Origin: Deltaproteobacteria bacterium
Lineage (GTDB): Bacteria > Desulfobacterota > Dissulfuribacteria > Dissulfuribacterales > QOAL01
Reading direction: 5' to 3'
Assembly: GCA_015489315.1 (NCBI GenBank)
Contig: WFZZ01000072.1
Coordinates: 1 to 17,054 of the forward strand
DNA length: 17,054 bases
The position numbers were made by a program, and so were the translations under genes. Under the pieces are notes generated by a model. The model had not been told where the DNA came from. It saw only the letters and a program-made list of their open reading frames with translations, and made no database searches. This document shows, one piece after another, positions 12,864 to 17,054 of this stretch. How positions within the stretch are numbered: position 1 is the first letter of the stretch; each line of letters begins with the position of its first letter.

Positions 12864-14065
12864 TGCCAATATATCAATATGAGGCAATATCTTCTACTGG
12901 TGAAAGAATCATAGAACAAGGCGAATTTTCTTCGCCAGTTGAATTATATTCCACATTAAGAAACCAAGGGTATCTTCTGATAGACTATAAAAAAAGGTTT
13001 TTTTCAAATATCCCTTCTATTCCCAAAAAAATAAAAAGACTAGAGCTTGCTGAACTATTAAGAAATTTAGCCCTTGTAACCAGGGGAGGCATTCCCCTTG
13101 TTGATGCCTTAAAAGACATGGTCCAGTCTCCTGGGATGACTGGGCTAAGAAAGATCATTGAAAAGGTAATAAAACGCATTGAAGGCGGAGAGCTTTTTTC
13201 AGAGGCCCTTTCCCATTACAAAACTGCCTTTCCAAATGTTGTTATTATTTTGGTAAGGCTTGGAGAAGAAACAGGAAGACTTGATAAAACTCTGGAAGAT
13301 GCCGCAATCCATTTGGAAAAGGTACAAGAAATTATTGACAAAACCAAAAGAGCAATTAGTTATCCAATCTTTATTTTACTGGCAATGATTGGGGCACTGG
13401 CCTTTTGGATACTATATGTGCTTCCAAAACTCTTTGAACTTTTTAAAAGCCTGGGCTTAAAAGAATTACCTATTACCACAAAGATATTGCTTGCAACTGT
13501 AGAAATTACTAAGACCTATTGGCCTGTGTTCCCTGTACTAATTGCGATTTTTATAGTTCTTGGTTTCTTTTCCTCAAGAAACGAAAAACTCAAGTTTTTA
13601 TGGGATAATTTCTGGACCCATTTCCCAATTATTGGAAGGATACTTAAGTCATCCCAGCTTGCATTCTTTTTTGAATATCTATCTCTTCTTGCATCTTCGG
13701 GTATAGATATCATAAGAAGCCTAGAGATAATGGAAGGGGCTATAACTCACCAGGTATTAAGGCACGGGATCAGGGACATCAGGGCTACAATTGTAGGTGG
13801 CCGAAATCTTTCCGAAGCATTTAAAAAGTGTACTCTTTTTGAGCCATTTATACTCAGAATGGTGAGGGCAGGGGAAAATTCAGGGAATATGCCTGAGCAG
13901 TTAAAAATACTTTCAGACCATTACATGGAAATAGTCAATAGAATGGTTGATTCCATTGCCAAAAAGATAGAACCCATCCTGATTGGATTTGCTGGCATGA
14001 TTTTTGTTATTATAGCATTGGGTCTATTAGGACCTATTTATGACATGATGAGTAATATTAAATAG
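12863..14065 (+). CDS. GspF/PilC/MshG-family inner-membrane platform protein
   Basis: 400 aa with two internally repeated T2SSF-type cytoplasmic domains (LSEALSHYKTAFPNVVIILVRLGEETGRLDKTL and LSEAFKKCTLFEPFILRMVRAGENSGNMPEQL) and three hydrophobic spans. The start overlaps the ATPase stop (TAATG). Confidence 0.92.
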   Translation: MPIYQYEAISSTGERIIEQGEFSSPVELYSTLRNQGYLLIDYKKRFFSNIPSIPKKIKRLELAELLRNLALVTRGGIPLVDALKDMVQSPGMTGLRKIIEKVIKRIEGGELFSEALSHYKTAFPNVVIILVRLGEETGRLDKTLEDAAIHLEKVQEIIDKTKRAISYPIFILLAMIGALAFWILYVLPKLFELFKSLGLKELPITTKILLATVEITKTYWPVFPVLIAIFIVLGFFSSRNEKLKFLWDNFWTHFPIIGRILKSSQLAFFFEYLSLLASSGIDIIRSLEIMEGAITHQVLRHGIRDIRATIVGGRNLSEAFKKCTLFEPFILRMVRAGENSGNMPEQLKILSDHYMEIVNRMVDSIAKKIEPILIGFAGMIFVIIALGLLGPIYDMMSNIK

Positions 14066-14079
14066 GCCAGCAAACAGAA

Positions 14080-15141
14080 ATGGACAATTCCTTTCCAGAT
14101 TATCTGACATGGTTCGGGTTAAAAGAACCCCCATTTAGACTTTCTCCTGATCTCGAATACTATTATCCTTCAAAATCCCATAGACAAGTCTTAGAGGTCT
14201 TAAAATATGGAATAAACAGAGGGGAAGGATTTATGGTCCTTTCAGGCCATGCAGGGACTGGAAAGACCCTGCTTTTAAGACTTCTTATGAAGGAAATGCC
14301 CCCTGAAAAAAGGACCGCCTTTATAGTTATGCCCTCTGTAAGCCCTAGAGGACTTCTTCTCCTTCTTTTAGAAGAGCTTGGTATAAAAACTGGTAACAAT
14401 AACCCAGAACTAGCTCTTCTTTTAAAGACCTTCCAAGAATGCCTTTTAAAACTAGCAAATAGAGGTGAAAAACTTCTCATCATAATAGATGAGGCTCAAG
14501 ATCTTCCTCTCGAAACAGTGGAACAACTTAGGCTTTTATCAAATATAGAAACAAACAAAGAAAAACTCGTCCAAATCCTTTTGGTAGGCCAACCTGAGCT
14601 TAAAAATCTCCTTTCAGACCCAAGGCTTTGTCAATTAACTCAAAGGATTGTTATTAATGAAACCCTTATGCCCTTATCCTTTGAAGAGATGAAGGACTAT
14701 ATCAATTTTAGGCTTACAAAGGCGGGAAGAGGAGATTTAAAATTTGACGACAAATTTTTAGAGCACCTTTATAGCCATTCAAAAGGACTTCCAAGACTTA
14801 TTAACAGGGCAATGGATAGAGCCCTATTGATGGCAGCAGCATCAAGATCTTCCGGACTTCAAAAAAATCATCTCGAAGCTGCTGCATCTACGCTACCAGA
14901 GCCTGGTTCAGTAACAAAAGAAATGGTCAATCCACCTAAAGCCCAAAAGGATATAAAAAATTATATTGCTATAAGTGCCATAAGTATCCTTATAACAATC
15001 CTTCTGATAATTGGTCTTTTTAAATTTGACCTGATAAACATCTCTTGCAATAACAGGAGTCAGGAAGCACCTATTGCCACAAATAAAAAGATTCTAAAAG
15101 AGGATAGGGAGTTTAATCCATCAAATTTTTCAAAAAAGTAA
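14080..15141 (+). CDS. ExeA/GspA/MshM-like AAA ATPase with C-terminal membrane anchor
   Basis: The N-terminus FGLKEPPFRLSPDLEYYYPSKSH...L..G...GEGFMVLSGHAGTGKTLLLR is typical of the family. Walker B is LLIIIDEAQDL, followed by LLSNIETNKEKLVQILLVGQPEL. A C-terminal TM segment (YIAISAISILITILLIIGLF) replaces the peptidoglycan-binding domain of ExeA. Confidence 0.82.
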   Translation: MDNSFPDYLTWFGLKEPPFRLSPDLEYYYPSKSHRQVLEVLKYGINRGEGFMVLSGHAGTGKTLLLRLLMKEMPPEKRTAFIVMPSVSPRGLLLLLLEELGIKTGNNNPELALLLKTFQECLLKLANRGEKLLIIIDEAQDLPLETVEQLRLLSNIETNKEKLVQILLVGQPELKNLLSDPRLCQLTQRIVINETLMPLSFEEMKDYINFRLTKAGRGDLKFDDKFLEHLYSHSKGLPRLINRAMDRALLMAAASRSSGLQKNHLEAAASTLPEPGSVTKEMVNPPKAQKDIKNYIAISAISILITILLIIGLFKFDLINISCNNRSQEAPIATNKKILKEDREFNPSNFSKK

Positions 15142-15178
15142 GAAAATTCTATTAAACACAATTAAAAAATCAACAAAA

Positions 15179-15188
15179 TATGTCGATA
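15179..15188 (+). promoter_or_regulatory. Copy 2 of shared 10-mer TATGTCGATA upstream of the PilMN-like gene
   Basis: An exact repeat of 10390-10399, located in the only other sizeable intergenic gap of the pilus locus (15142-15256), 69 nt upstream of the GTG start. Confidence 0.3.
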
Positions 15189-15256
15189 CTAAAAATGGTA
15201 GAAGCTTACTGATGGCGTAAGTTCCCTGTTTATATCACTTTAAAAGGACCAGGCAG

Positions 15257-16747
15257 GTGAAGATATTACCCTTTAAAAAGAAAATATGGATCGTCTCAAA
15301 AGAGGAGGGATCAATATATAACGGTATCTGCCTAAAAAAATCGGGGAACAGCATTTCTCTCTTAGAATACAGACAATTTGAAGATCCAAAGGAGCTTTCT
15401 TCAAAATCTGTCTATTTGACCTTTTTTTCTGAAAGAACGCTCATTACTAATGATACCTTTGTATCTGCCAAAAGGGATATTTTAGAGCTTCAAATAGATG
15501 AAAGGGTAAAAAATGTCGGCCCTTGGGCAGACGGAACAAGACTTCATCATTCACTTTTTCTTCTCTCCAAAGGAGAACGACAGGATGAATACATTGTCCT
15601 TTCAACTCCAGAGTTGGACATTGAAAGGGTTGTAGATGACTTTAGCGGTTTTCGAATAAAGGGGTGCTTTCCCCATATCGCTGCAATCTCAGCCCTTGTT
15701 GGACAATTAACAGATGAAGCCGTAATATCATGCTTTTTATCAAGGGGCCTTTTAGAGGTAATTGTATCAAAAGACTCCATACCTTATTATTCCCAGATTT
15801 CTCCATTTGATATAGGAGAAGGGCTTGAATTTGAGGTTTTGGCCCAGACAATTTTTTCAGTGCGCCAAATTATTGGCTCAAAGCTAAAAGAAAATGTCAA
15901 AAAAATTCTATTTTTTGACAGGAATTTTACAAGCTATCCTGAAAAAATAGGAAGTGAATCCACCTGGAACCCTGATCTTTCAAATTTAATAAAAGCAGGA
16001 GATGAAACCCTTTTTTATAGATTTCCAGACCTTTTAGGCACTATCTTTTGTGACAAAAATTTTGATTGCCTACCAGCATCCATAAAGAAGAAATATTTCT
16101 TTAATGATCTAAATAAGGCGGTTACCACAATTTCTGCAACCTGTAGTATCTTTTTGGCTTTAGCTTTACCCAAGCTCAATACTGAGTTGAAATCGTCCTT
16201 AGAAAACTATCAAAAAGTTATTGAAAGCATTCGAAATGAAAAACTGAATATTGAAAAAGAGATCCCATCCCATCAAGATACCCAAAAACTTCAGGAAATA
16301 ATAGGCATCTGGAACGAGATTCAGGAAGAACCAAACCTTTCCACAGCCTTAATCGATATATCATCTTTGCTCCCAGATAAGGTCATAATCGCTCATATGA
16401 AAATAGAAAGAGAAGGCCCAAAGGGCCAAGAAGATATGACGGAAGAAGGGGTTAAAGAAATTTCTGAGCCTGATGAAATTATAGCAGAAGAAATAAATGA
16501 TGTCGGCCCAGAAGAAAATATTCTAAAAGATGAAAAACTTATTGGAACATTAAAAATGCATCTAACCCTTTTTTGTCAGGGCGATTTTCATAAAGTCAAA
16601 AATAAATTTGAACAGACTATAAGCAGTTTGAAACAGCACTTTAGGGTCAAAAAAATTAAATGGGGCTATCAAGAAGAAAAGGATTCAGGACTTCTTTATA
16701 TAGAGATACCAATTGAAAAGGATGGCAATGAAAAATCTTGGTCTTAG
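15257..16747 (+). CDS. Hypothetical pilus-assembly protein, PilM-PilN fusion-like (MshI-like) architecture
   Basis: GTG start. A roughly 285-aa cytoplasmic region precedes a single TM (AVTTISATCSIFLALALP, about aa 288-305). This is followed by a coiled coil and a PilN-like C-terminus (LLPDKVIIAHMKIE...LKMHLTLFCQGDFHKVKNKFEQTISSL). The position after GspE/F/ExeA genes and before a PilO-like ORF supports the call. It rests on architecture and context, not strong motifs. Confidence 0.45.
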   Translation: MKILPFKKKIWIVSKEEGSIYNGICLKKSGNSISLLEYRQFEDPKELSSKSVYLTFFSERTLITNDTFVSAKRDILELQIDERVKNVGPWADGTRLHHSLFLLSKGERQDEYIVLSTPELDIERVVDDFSGFRIKGCFPHIAAISALVGQLTDEAVISCFLSRGLLEVIVSKDSIPYYSQISPFDIGEGLEFEVLAQTIFSVRQIIGSKLKENVKKILFFDRNFTSYPEKIGSESTWNPDLSNLIKAGDETLFYRFPDLLGTIFCDKNFDCLPASIKKKYFFNDLNKAVTTISATCSIFLALALPKLNTELKSSLENYQKVIESIRNEKLNIEKEIPSHQDTQKLQEIIGIWNEIQEEPNLSTALIDISSLLPDKVIIAHMKIEREGPKGQEDMTEEGVKEISEPDEIIAEEINDVGPEENILKDEKLIGTLKMHLTLFCQGDFHKVKNKFEQTISSLKQHFRVKKIKWGYQEEKDSGLLYIEIPIEKDGNEKSWS

Positions 16748-17054
16748 TAAACATATTATAATTCTTTTTCAAATACTTGCTGTTTCCATTTTTTTGGTGC
16801 TGTTTTACCAAAATGGGAAAGTTTATAGACAAATAGAATTTATTAAACAAAAGACCAATGAACTTAAAGATAAAAGAATTGCACTAATAGCACTAAAACA
16901 AAAAATTTCCAGATTCCATAAGATTAAAGAGAAACTTATAAAATGTAAGAAAGATTTTATTAACTATAGCTGGCAAGATATAGAACTTTTTTTTGAACCC
17001 ATAAGCTTTAAAGAGTTAATTAGCAGGTTTAACAATCTGGATAATCAAATATCA
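16728..17054 (+). CDS. PilO/MshJ-like bitopic pilus-assembly protein, C-terminus cut by window edge
   Basis: Not in the ORF track because it is open-ended. The ATG at 16728 follows AAAAGGA and gives 109 sense codons to the window end. The sequence MKNLGLSKHIIILFQILAVSIFLVLFYQNGKVYRQIEFIKQKTNELKDKRIALIALKQKI... has one TM followed by a coiled coil. It overlaps the upstream gene by 20 nt. Confidence 0.5.
   Translation, partial: MKNLGLSKHIIILFQILAVSIFLVLFYQNGKVYRQIEFIKQKTNELKDKRIALIALKQKISRFHKIKEKLIKCKKDFINYSWQDIELFFEPISFKELISRFNNLDNQIS

Noticed and set aside
1-17054. Scan for CRISPR repeats, IS/transposase or integrase genes, long direct or inverted repeats, rRNA/tRNA genes, and compositional islands.
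   Set aside because: None found by eye. Composition and codon style look uniform across the window, and every gap longer than 60 nt is accounted for by promoter or terminator regions.

Overview
Low-GC (about 38-40%), densely coding bacterial chromosome, probably from an anaerobe (selA and rubredoxin present); no taxon can be assigned from sequence alone. There are no rRNA or tRNA genes, CRISPR arrays or mobile elements. The left third (1-4000) is housekeeping. It holds a truncated Met-free hypothetical signalling protein, selA, rlmH (head-to-head with selA, start codons overlapping in one CATG), thiE plus an Nfu-type Fe-S protein, and a rubredoxin with its own terminator. The centre (4062-10267, minus strand) is the most interesting part. 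It is a seven-gene, translationally coupled operon that opens with a clear stressosome core: a PAS-STAS RsbR-like sensor carrying a five-Cys cluster, then RsbS, then RsbT. It has no RsbU/V/W or sigma-B output. Instead it continues into an RsbT-like::PP2C (RsbX-like) fusion and a histidine-kinase-like protein whose phospho-acceptor His is Asp. It ends with a YdbH-like (AsmA-like) envelope protein and a lipoprotein-form DUF1318/YdbL-like protein. A 170-bp AT-rich region separates this operon from a divergent plus-strand MSHA/type IV pilus-like locus (10444-17054). That locus encodes a prepilin with a 20-aa leader followed by a terminator hairpin, a GspE/MshE-type ATPase with tandem MshEN-like motifs, a GspF/PilC platform protein and an ExeA/MshM-like AAA ATPase. 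It ends with a PilM-PilN fusion-like protein and a truncated PilO-like ORF. All functional calls rest on motif recognition by eye; no searches were run.
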